From contig NW_021836641.1 of assembly GCF_006345805.1 (NCBI RefSeq), forward strand, positions 1-23,568: 23,568 nucleotides of DNA, in the 5' to 3' direction. The notes below the pieces were generated by a model, which worked only from the letters and a program-made list of their open reading frames with translations, did no database searches and was not told the origin of the DNA. Source of the DNA: Octopus sinensis (Eukaryota). Shown here in pieces: positions 10,146-19,699 of this stretch (position 1 is the stretch's first letter; each line of letters opens with the position of its first letter). A program made the translations under genes and the position numbers.

Positions 10146-10235
10146 CCTACGGACGTACGTTTCGAAATTAAGTTTAGGAAAGCATAAGAATTAGATAATT
10201 ATGTCTTACCCAACTTCTTTTCTCATCAGCGTAGG
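10146..10235 (-). ncRNA. Type I hammerhead ribozyme HHR-1 (minus-strand copy)
   Basis: Reverse complement of 10624-10714 apart from a 1-nt indel in stem II. Predicted GUC cleavage between 10152 and 10151. Confidence 0.88.
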
Positions 10236-10623
10236 ACACTACAATTATGAATAATTGTATATTAAATTTCGCGGTACTAGAAAGAACTCATCTCAACTCA
10301 GTATCAGAGCGAGCTAAAGCGGTAAGTAATCACCAAATTCAAAGTGTGAATGAAAGTTTGTGTCACCAACCCCCTCCCACCAGCGTGCAGCCAAGACAAG
10401 ATGTTGTGGTCATTTACTGGGATGAAATATGGTTATCAGTAATAATATAGGGTGAAATTAATTAATTTGGAATAATCATTAATTTCACCAAGTAGATTTC
10501 GGCATGTAAAAGCCTCATTCGAGGAAAGTTTATGTAATACTAAGTAATTAAGGGTTTAGCAACGTTTTGCCTCACCACACACCGAATTTAGAAATAGCAG
10601 TCAATTATTCATAATTGTAGTGT

Positions 10624-10714
10624 CCTACGCTGATGAGAAAAGAAGTTGGGTAAGACATAATTATCTAATTCTTATGCTTTCCTAAAACTTAATTTCGAAA
10701 CGTACGTCCGTAGG
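10624..10714 (+). ncRNA. Type I hammerhead ribozyme HHR-1 (plus-strand copy)
   Basis: Stem I CCTACG (10624-29) / CGTAGG (10709-14); core CTGATGA (10630-36); long imperfect stem II G10637-C10696 (GAAA.AAGTT...CATAA / TTATG...AACTT.TTTC); GAAA (10697-700); palindromic stem III ACGTACGT; cleavage triplet GTC ending at 10708. Confidence 0.9.
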
Positions 10715-10929
10715 TGACTTAAAATTGTATGATAGATTGCCGTCATTTCTTTCTCTCTTGCCTGTCTGTGTTTGCCTTTCAAGTGCTGTGGTTTTACTGA
10801 GATCTCCCTTTTAGTAGAAAGAATAGCTATAACTCTTTGACTGCTATTTCTAAATTCGGTGTGTGGTGAGGCAAAACGTTGCTAAACCCTTAATTACTTA
10901 GTATATATATATATATATATATATATACA

Positions 10930-10985
10930 CCACAGGCTTCTTTCTGTTTCCGTTTAGAAAATCTACTCACACGGCTTTGGTAAAT
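10930..10985 (-). mobile_element. SINE family 1, middle fragment
   Basis: CAGGCTTCTTTCTGTTTCCGTTT...TCTACTCACACGGCTTTGGT is the reverse complement of the 22578-22630 segment. Confidence 0.65.
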
Positions 10986-11489
10986 AATCTTTAAAGAAGT
11001 AAAAATAGGAAATGGATAATGTAGTCTTAGATATACTGTATGATGAAGAGGCGGTATGGTCATGGCTGGGACGACTTTGATCATAAATCTACTCAATGGA
11101 TTCAGACCTTGGAATAAACATTAACAACATCAACAAAACAAGACGAAAGGGATTCTCTTGGAGGTAATTCAAATCTGCTGGAAATACCAGTTAAATCTGT
11201 CTTGAAAAAGGAAGGTTGCTTTTGACAATATAGTCGTAAATATGTTTTGCCTTGGGCCCTTAAGCTTTTGTTGGTATCGTAGTATGGGGATGGGTTGTGA
11301 CAGGCAAGAAGCCATCCTTCTCCAGGCCTAATGGCAGCCGATGTATTCTAGGGACAGCAAGAGAGACAGAGACAGAGACAGACATACAGACAGACAGACA
11401 TACAGACAGACAGACAGACAGAGACAGAGAGAGAAAGAGAGAGAGAAGTGGGGAGGGAGAAAGACAGACGAAAAGAAGAAAGGTATGAA

Positions 11490-11585
11490 ATAGTAAAAAT
11501 CGACTCCAGTACGTGGATGGTACTTTATTTATCGACTCCGATAGATGAAAGGCGACGTTGATCTTGGCCGGGTTGGAACTCGGGG
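11490..11585 (-). mobile_element. Second SINE family fragment (B box plus conserved central domain)
   Basis: Minus strand reads GAGTTCCAACCC (B-box-like) ... GCCTTTCATCTATCGGAGTCGATAAATAAAGTACC, resembling the CCTTTCATCCTTTCGGGGTCGATAAA..AGTACC domain I recall from cephalopod SINEs. Confidence 0.55.
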
Positions 11586-11984
11586 CACAGTAACTACAGG
11601 AACGTACCGGCTAGAAATAGCAGTCAAATTTCCCTCACATCCAGCGCTTAGGGCAGCAAAGGAACAGGAACACAATAGAAATAGTAAATGGTTTACGGTA
11701 CAAAAGAAAATCACTTTAAACTTACTAAAATAATATTCGAAGAGGTTACTATAATCGAAATATAATCTCTAAGTGTTCATAGCATCGTACTGAAGATCTG
11801 ATCAAGGACTTTGCTATGAAAAAAAAAAGTCGGAGAACGCTTTTGAAATATGAACAAAGTGCGGGTATACAAAAATGGACAATATTTCACATCTTTCTGT
11901 TGGTTTTGTTTCGTTTGGAAAAATAAAAATTTATTTTATGGTTTATTATTGTTTATATTTTGAATTACATATATATGAGGGCAC

Positions 11985-12033
11985 CAACATCTTTTTAAGT
12001 GCTAAGGGCCTCTATGGGTCTTAATCCGGCCCT
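11985..12033. mobile_element. Isolated hAT-type terminus
   Basis: Ends TTAATCCGGCCCT; reverse complement AGGGCCGGATTAA resembles CAGGGCCGG-type hAT TIRs. No partner found. Confidence 0.35.
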
Positions 12034-12299
12034 TCTCACACCACAACTCTCCTTGTCTTTATACATATTTTTTTTTAAATCAAGAAAATCCACTGAATTT
12101 TGATTTGGTTCGTTGTCAGTTAAATTCGTTTGCCTTAAAGCCAGGAATTTTTCAGCACTCTCTCGTATATACACTATGGCTAACTAAAAAAAAATCTTTT
12201 TATCACAGCTTCACACCTTTAATGCTATTCGTCTGCTCAGACAACAACAACAGCAACTATAAAACAATGACAAGTATATGCATACATAACATATATAAA

Positions 12300-12335
12300 T
12301 GCATACATATATACAGACATTATATATGTACGTGA

Positions 12336-12366
<31 letters not shown>

Positions 12367-12386
12367 TGTATGTGTGTGTGTGTGGG

Positions 12387-12417
<31 letters not shown>

Positions 12418-13313
12418 GTGTTGTGTGTGTGTGTGTGTGTGTGTGGTTTACCCACATAAACTTTACATTGCGTTATTTGTTAATTATTATTAACGACTGA
12501 AAAGTGGAAAATAAAATTTCATTTTATTTAAATAAATAAAGGGAAACTACTAATCAACAAAATGGCGGAAGCCTTCTCTCTAAAATTAACCTCTTTAGTG
12601 CAGGAGATGCAAAAATAAAACAAAAAAAAACAACGTTAGTAATCATTAAAAAAAGTATGGAAATAAAAACAGCAAGAGGGAAAAGTTATTACGGCCGTCT
12701 ACACAGAAATTGACATCAAAAGCTTCTGTAGTCTATCTAAAATATAGGCTTGCTTATCACAGCAGCCATTACGAGAGTATACTGCGATAGGGCAGTTGTG
12801 GTGGTTATGGTTCCTGTTGTTGTTCTTGCTGTTCCTAAAAGATGTCAATACTTAATATTATCTCTGTTTTACTATCGTTTACGTTATATTTTGTTGTTCG
12901 CTTTTTGAATTTTTCAGTTGTTTTTTAGTTGTTGTTTTTTTCTGTTTTGCGCCTTTGATATTTTTTATGGCTATCCACATTTTTTATTTATTTATTTATT
13001 TATTTATCTATATTTGTTTCTGTCAGTCAGACTTTCCCTCTGTTTGACTTTTTCCTTCTCGTTTTCTTTCTCTCTCCCTCTGTATTATCACTTTCAATCT
13101 CTCTCTCTGTCTTCCTTTATACATATAACATATATCGGCATAACATGCATACAAAAATGCATACACACACACAACACACACACACACACACACACACACG
13201 TGCATTTTTAATGTTTATTTACATATCAAATTTATACATGCCCAAGCACACGTATGCACACATACGCACATGCATACAGACGCATACACATATTCATATA
13301 TATTCATAAGTGC

Positions 13314-13358
<45 letters not shown>

Positions 13359-13545
13359 GCATTTATATATGTATATGTATGTATGTATATACATATATAC
13401 ACGCTCGATCACACACACACAAAGACTAGTATTACACATGTACCAACTATTTGACTCTATAGCTATCTCTTTCTCCCTTTATCTCTCTCTCTCTCTCTCT
13501 CTCTCCCAAACATACATACATATATATATGTATGTATATATATAT

Positions 13546-13576
<31 letters not shown>

Positions 13577-13666
13577 ATATATATAATGTATATATATATA
13601 TACATATATACATATATACAAGTGTGTGTTATTGATATACATATCTATATATACATGAATACATAC

Positions 13667-13736
<70 letters not shown>

Positions 13737-13800
13737 CTGTGTGTGTGAATGTGTCTGTGTATGTATGTATACACAGATGAGTTCATATACACAGGCGAGT
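12300..13800. repeat. Cluster of (TG)n, (CA)n, (TA)n and (CT)n tracts with AT-rich gaps
   Basis: Directly visible; main tracts ~12335-12445, 13165-13200 and 13250-13800. Confidence 0.85.
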
Positions 13801-14139
13801 GTATATGTGTATAGATGAAAATATAGATATTCCTGATGTTGTTCCTATTGTTGTTGGTGGTGGTCGTGTTGTTTAAATTTACGGTGTTGTTGAGGCAATT
13901 AGTCTTTTTTATATACATATATTTTAATATTTATTATATTTTTCTTCTTTTATATCAATTTTCCTCCTTTTTTATGTTTCTATCTCTCAACTAAATTTAT
14001 TTCAATATACGCAGACACATGCCCTCCCCACACACACGCGGACATTTACACATATACACATACACGTGAATTTGAGCGTTTATGAGTGTGTTTATGCGTA
14101 TGTGTTTTGTGTGTGTATATATGTACGTGTGTGTGTGTG

Positions 14140-14200
14140 TGACACGGGATGTACCGCACACTTTCCGTTTACCCAATTCCACAGACACAAAGCATTTGGT
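14140..14200 (-). mobile_element. SINE family 1, degraded middle fragment
   Basis: CTTTCCGTTTACCCAATTCCAC...CACAAAGCATTTGGT resembles the reverse complement of 22578-22620. Confidence 0.45.
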
Positions 14201-14296
14201 TTAGAGACGTTAATGAACTAAGAAAAGTTATTGTTCTGAAATAAACATACAGGATTAACAAGGAAACAAGAAAGTAACAATAATAATAATAATAAT

Positions 14297-14334
<38 letters not shown>

Positions 14335-14381
14335 TAATAATAATAATAATAATAATAATGATAATAATAATAATAATAACA

Positions 14382-14901
14382 ATGGCTCTCATGGCTTCTG
14401 ATCTTAACTGATTGGAAGTGTTATCATGTACATTGTTTTGTCTTGGTATAAAAGATGGGCTACAGCAAATATTCTGCTCAATACCACAGATTGTTTGACT
14501 TTAACCAGTTGAGCATGCCTTTAGTGGCTGACGATATGTGCATCTCTGATCACGAGCAGAAGTAGTGGGGGAGCATCATAGCCATGTGTTGAGAGGGATT
14601 CTTTGGGGTTTGAATAATTCACCTCTGGAAACATGGGTGGTTCTTTCAACATCCTTAAACAACCCTTATTCAGGGACCGTTTGAGCGGGATGGGCTACTC
14701 AACCTGAAGAGAATTCTAACTGGGCCCCACCTGCAAGGTCATGCGCTGTTTATGTTGATATGAGATCACCATGTCGCGCACATATGGTTGTGATGCATGT
14801 GCCTGGTGTACCTTTATCAGACGGGTAGTCATGATGGGTATATTGGGCTTCGTATATTTTACCCCAGTGTCACTTTGATGGCATTCACTGCTCTCTCACT
14901 C

Positions 14902-14944
<43 letters not shown>
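14382..14944 (+). mobile_element. Probable retroposed element (LINE 3' UTR or SINE) with an (AAT)n tail, embedded in an (AAT)n array
   Basis: A ~520 bp block of balanced composition between (AAT)n at 14279-14381 and (AAT)n at 14902-14944, ending CTGCTCTCTCACTC-AATAATAAT. No ORF recognised. Confidence 0.5.
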
Positions 14945-14946
<2 letters not shown>

Positions 14947-15186
14947 TGCAGCAACAATAACATCAGAAGTAGCAACAATGATATAGATAGTTACAATAAT
15001 AATGACGATGGTAGTGGTTGTGGTGGTGGTGGTGGTGGTGGTGATAACTAAACTCCAAAACAGTTGTGTGTTCCATATTTGAAAGAAAAACTGCTGCCGA
15101 TATATAAAAATATACATATATACACACACATACATAAATATAATCAAATATATGTATATATACACATATATTCACAAATTTGTAGG

Positions 15187-15187
<1 letters not shown>

Positions 15188-15264
<77 letters not shown>

Positions 15265-15265
15265 T
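15188..15265. repeat. (TAGA)n microsatellite
   Basis: Directly visible. Confidence 0.95.
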
Positions 15266-15282
15266 ACTTACATAAATTCTTA

Positions 15283-16184
15283 TATAAAAGTTGCGTTCAA
15301 AAAGCATCTGTCTTTATTTTTTGCGCCAAAGCTAATACCGCATGACCAAAATCCCTTAGGTGCGAGGTGATGCCATCTTTCCTGCGCATGCCCGAAAATA
15401 TTCGCGCCAGCAGGCCGCTTCAGTTCCCGGCTGTTACGCCTTGAGTAGAGACGTGTAGTACGCGCTCGTCGAATTTTCGTTTTCACACAAAGTGACCGAA
15501 CGAATCGAGCACAGATCATAAACCCATGTCTTATCACTAGTAATGATGTTCTTCATGAAGTCTGGGTCATGGTTTGTACAGTCCAGTATTTCCTGAGAGA
15601 TTTTCATGCGGTGTTTCCTTAGCTGCACTGTCAGCCCCTTGGGGATTAACTTCGCCGACTCTCTCTGCATGCACAAGTCCCCTGATAAAATGGATTCCAC
15701 TGATTCTGTGGTTATTCCCGCTTCGTGAGCAATTTCCTGCATTGTTACACGACAGTCTTCCATGATTATTCGCTGAACCTTCTCAATCGGCTCCTCGCTT
15801 CGGCTTGTGGATAGCCTGCTTGAGCATGGCTCGCTCTCCATTGAGGTGTGGTTATGTTTGAAGCGGTTGTACCACTCCCTGATCTGATTTTTACCATGAC
15901 ATCGTCACCAAAGACCTACTGAGTCTTCTGAAATCTTTGACCCTGAGCATCATCAAACCTTTGGCAAATTTTGATACAATACCCTTCTCAATTCGTTCGG
16001 GGAAAACGAAAATCCGACGAGAGCGCACTAAATACTTGTACTTAAGGCGTAACAGCCGAGTTCTAACGAAGTCAACGGGCGCAAAGAGGTTGGTATCACA
16101 TCCCACCCAAAGGATTTTGCCCACGTGGAATTTGTTATAGCGGGGAGAAATAAAGGTGGATACTCTTTGACCGCACCGCGTGTA
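15283..16184 (-). mobile_element. Mariner relic with two opposed left ends; transposase N-terminal half on the minus strand (ORF 15434-15841 is part of it)
   Basis: Minus strand gives YCIKIC..FGDDVM..IREWYNRFK, SRLSTS, DCRVTMQEIA, SAKLIPK.LT and DPDFMKNIITSDKTWVY. TIR-like ends next to TA occur at ~15283 and ~16184. Confidence 0.85.
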
Positions 16185-16731
16185 TGTGAGTGTCTGTGTA
16201 TGCATTACAAATAAGGAATCTGTTTTCCATAACAAAAACCGGTTGATGATAATAATCTGCACAAACGTCAAAACGTGGGTGATTGATTCTAGTAAGCGGG
16301 AAATTTATGCTTCATTTTGAATGACTATTAATAGGAGCTATGAGTTTTCGATCCAAAGAGCCTTCTAATGGCGAAACTATTTGTCGTAAGATAGCAACTA
16401 AATCCAGTTAATGTAATCAAGTGAAGACAATGAGGTACAGACGCACATACGTAAATGTCTGTATGTATAGTTATTGGTTGTGAAGTGGGAGTGAAGTGGC
16501 TCAGTCTAATGTTACCTCTGCTGCTGCTCGTGCCGGTGCTGCTCTTGTCTCACTGATCAGCACTGGACTTTCAAACTGAGACGTCTGTACATTTGTGATG
16601 AACAACTGGATCGATGTTTCCCAGTGTTGATTAAACCGATTGATTATTTAAGATAAAGTTCTCTCATACAAGAGGGAACCATGTTTTTATACACAATGTG
16701 TACGCATAATAAACGCATTTGCACATATCAG

Positions 16732-16778
<47 letters not shown>

Positions 16779-16785
16779 CATATAT

Positions 16786-16990
16786 AAATAACGGGAAAGT
16801 TTACGAAAATAAGCAAAAGACGAAGGCAGGTGAAGTACAAACAAACAAATGTATTAGTATGGCGCTGAGGAATAGAAATAGAAAAAGTCTTTTACGTTTC
16901 GCGCCTACGCTCTTCGACAGAAAGATACACAGAAAAAAACAAGGAGAGAAAAAATGCGTGTAGGAGCTAACGATCTATCATGGCGTCCTA
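16786..16990 (-). mobile_element. Probable PLE terminal-repeat relic carrying a minimal HHR-like motif
   Basis: Flanked by (TA)n-rich tracts. Shares layout and the GAAGAGC..GC.CGAAACGT motif with 19697-19890. Confidence 0.5.
16888..16925 (-). ncRNA. Minimal HHR-like motif with a non-canonical core
   Basis: TCTTT-CTGTCGA-A-GAGC-GTAG-GCGC-GAAACGT-A-AAAGA: 5-bp stem I and ACGT palindrome, but A6 is replaced by U and stem II has one mismatch. Confidence 0.45.
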
Positions 16991-17130
16991 CATTGATATA
17001 GATATACACATATATCATTATATATATATACATACGTATATCTATGCGTGCACGTGTTGTTTGTGCATATATGCGTGTGTGCATATATATAAATTTTTGT
17101 ATATATATATGTGTGTGTGTATATATATAT

Positions 17131-17476
17131 TATTATGGCTGCCCCTCGTTATCGAGTATGGCCATTGCACGAAGCTTAACTGTTACTGGTGCTGTGATCA
17201 AATGTGACTTTTTAGCCCAGCTAAAGATCTACAATGTCTTGTACAAAATTGGCAACTAAAACCTTTACCGGTAAAAGCCGGCTGTAGTTGTAACTGGGTT
17301 TCATGTACCTTTGCATGTCGTTTAAGTCCTCCTGCCGAATTACACTCTCTTCCACATGCCTGACAGATATGATTAGTATGGTGTGTTACACCACCACCAG
17401 TGGCCAGGTTGTCACTCATCTGTCTCGCTTTATGACTACAAAGATGACTCTTGAGTCCAGCTTTACTGAGGCAGGG

Positions 17477-17480
<4 letters not shown>
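17131..17480 (-). mobile_element. RTE-clade LINE 3' end encoding C2H2-type zinc fingers
   Basis: CLSKAGLKSHLCSH, CQACGRECNSAGGLKRHAKVH and CQFCTRHCRSLAGLKSH repeat the C..C.R.C.S..GL.SH motif of RTE ORF2 C-termini. A short 3' UTR ends GAGGGGCAGCCAT-AATA. Confidence 0.72.
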
Positions 17481-17524
<44 letters not shown>

Positions 17525-17984
17525 GCACTTACAATTTTATACGCGTACATTCATGAATATGTATTTGAGTGTAAATCTATCTATCTATCTAGCCATCTGT
17601 CAGTCTTTTCTATCTGTCTGTCTGTCTAGCTAGCTACACGTATATGTGTGTGTGTGTGTGTGTGCGTGTGAGTGTGTGTGTGTGTCTGTGAGTGTGATGT
17701 CAGAAAATTATTATCACTAACTAACACCAATATATATATATATATAAACGCATACACACGTAGACTTATATGACACACACATACATACACTCACATATAC
17801 ACCCATATATACATATATATCTTCACACATATACCCATACATACATGCATACATACACACACACACACATACACACACATATCCATATATACCTTCACAC
17901 ACACATGTGTTCGTCTGGCGAAAAACGAAAGGAAACGACGAGGTAAAAATTATCTCAACCCTGTAATTTACTTATATTTATTGT

Positions 17985-18195
17985 CTGTCTCTTCCTCCTC
18001 CCCTGCTTCTTTTCTTCCCTCTCACACTTCCCCTTCTCTCTCTCCCCCATCTCCCTCTCTCTCTCTCTCTTTCTCTCTATCTTTTCATCAGCCCTCACTC
18101 TATTTATCCTCTCCCTTTCTTTCTGGCTCTCTTACACATTCTGTCTCTGTTTGTCTCTATCTCTCCTCCCTTTCTCTTTGTATCTCTTATTATCA

Positions 18196-18239
<44 letters not shown>

Positions 18240-18385
18240 ATCTATCTCCTACTCTCTCTTTCACTCTCCACCTCTATTGACTATTATAGTTCATTCTTTA
18301 TCTCTCTCTCTCTCTCTTTCTCTCACTCATTTTCTTTCTTTCTTTCTTCTTTTTCCTCGCTCTACTCTCTCTTCCCCCTTTCTCT

Positions 18386-18420
<35 letters not shown>

Positions 18421-18440
18421 GCAATCTCTCTCTGTATATC
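17985..18440. repeat. Polypyrimidine/(CT)n low-complexity tract
   Basis: Directly visible. Confidence 0.92.
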
Positions 18441-19386
18441 GGCATCTTTTCAGACACTGATTAATTATAAGTGACTGAAGCGTTACACACACACACACAC
18501 ATTTAAAAACATACATACACACATACATACATACACACATACATACATACATAATCACCTATCAATCCCTCTATCTGTCTGTCTATGTATCTGTTTCTCT
18601 ATCTCTTTGTCTTTCTCTTTCCCTTTCTCTTACACTTTATTTTTTGGGGTTTTTAAACTTATATTTATGTAACTTCATTATTTATTTGTTTCTCATTTTA
18701 TCGATAAGAAACTAAAACGGGAAGCACAGTAGTGACACGGTTCACCAGTCTATGCGTTCGCCTCTAACCCAAAGTATAGCCTTTCATTCTTACAGTATTT
18801 CTTTATTTTATTTCGTTTCTGTTCCTTAAGCGAGACAGTCAACCCAATTTCAGTGAATAGATGCCAGCAGATATTTGAAACGTGCCTCGTTTGATATCAG
18901 GGTTTACAAAATCAACCAACTATATTATAGACTACCTTCTCGCTTGATTGATTCCGTTGAATATTGACTCACTGGCCGAAGGCACAACGTGAAACAAGCA
19001 GAAGGTAGGTGCGAATTGGAAGTGTGTGCGCATGCCCGTCGCTAAGAGAGAGCACTAGACAGCTCTATTCAATGGTACACCCTCAAATTTGCAGTGGTAC
19101 ACTTATTTTGAAACTTTACAAATTTGTAACCACCCAGAATGATCTGAAGCCGTCCCCACCCACAAAGCACCAAAATTTGTTGACGGATCTGGTTATGCTG
19201 CTATTCTATATTTATACTTTAACCTGATGGTGCTTTGTTTTACTGGGAAGCAATACTACTGTATTGCACTATTTAATCATATTTTTCTTTGAAAACTTTT
19301 TCACTGTTCTCGGTCTGTTAACGGCCAGGCATTCAGACGAGTATGCTAGCATTGATGTAGAAATATTTGAAATTTTGTCCAGGTGA

Positions 19387-19460
19387 ATCTAGCTGAAGAG
19401 AACTAATCAAATTTACGTTAACAAACGTAATTTGGAAAGTTCGAAATCTAGGTCCTAGAT
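19387..19460 (+). ncRNA. Type I hammerhead ribozyme HHR-2
   Basis: Stem I ATCTAG (19387-92) / CTAGAT (19455-60); core CTGAAGA (19393-99); stem II GAACT/AGTTC extended by CAAATT-T-ACGTT/AACGTAATTTG; GAAA (19443-46); near-palindromic stem III ATCTAGGT; cleavage triplet GTC ending at 19454. Confidence 0.85.
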
Positions 19461-19655
19461 GATCCACATCTTAGTTGTATATTTATTTAACGTTCTTCCT
19501 ACAGGTGAAACTTTTTATGTTTGCCGCCCGCAAACATCTTTGCTAGTATAGATATACAGTGAAGCTTTACTATAGCGTCGTATATTATCAACTGCTATTT
19601 CCAGTAAATATTGGTGCATTGTTGTACCACTATCTTATCTTATATATATATATAT

Positions 19656-19696
<41 letters not shown>

Positions 19697-19699
<3 letters not shown>

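Larger units (their letters stand above)
9857..10903. mobile_element. Hammerhead-bearing non-autonomous element (PLE pseudo-LTR/retrozyme-like): 577-bp monomer, partial tandem copy, then inverted copy
   Basis: 9857-10022 is repeated at 10434-10602 (period 577). 10602-10903 is the reverse complement of ~9961-10257. Both flanks are (TA)n. No recognisable ORF. Confidence 0.8.

Noticed and set aside
10247-10450. 67-aa ORF inside the hammerhead element
   Set aside because: No recognisable motif, it begins in the boundary hairpin, and it is antisense to the monomer's ribozyme.
10714-10783. Possible 70-nt intron TAG|GTGACT...CCTTTCAAG| after HHR-1
   Set aside because: Donor overlaps stem I, the acceptor is AAG, and there is no clear branch site or direct repeat; much weaker than the HHR-2 case.
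11776-11820. 9-bp hairpin TTCATAGCA/TGCTATGAA enclosing CTGAAGA
   Set aside because: No GAAA or stem II/III, and it is in the wrong orientation relative to the nearby GAAATAGCAGT motif.
12558-12578. CAAAATGGCGGAAG, a YY1/ETS-like promoter motif
   Set aside because: Isolated motif in AT-rich DNA; the ORF from this ATG stops after 18 codons; no other promoter evidence.
16516-16584. GC-richer 69-nt minus-strand segment, open frame TSQFESPVLISETRAAPARAAAE, with AG/GT ends
   Set aside because: Acceptor lacks a pyrimidine tract and the peptide is unrecognised; only RNA-seq could support it.
2476-18558. Dozens of 60-150 aa ORFs rich in YI, HT, CV, LS, N or ER repeats
   Set aside because: They are translations of (TA)n, (CA)n, (TCTA)n, (CT)n and (AAT)n tracts, which lack stops in some frames. 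No protein-like content.
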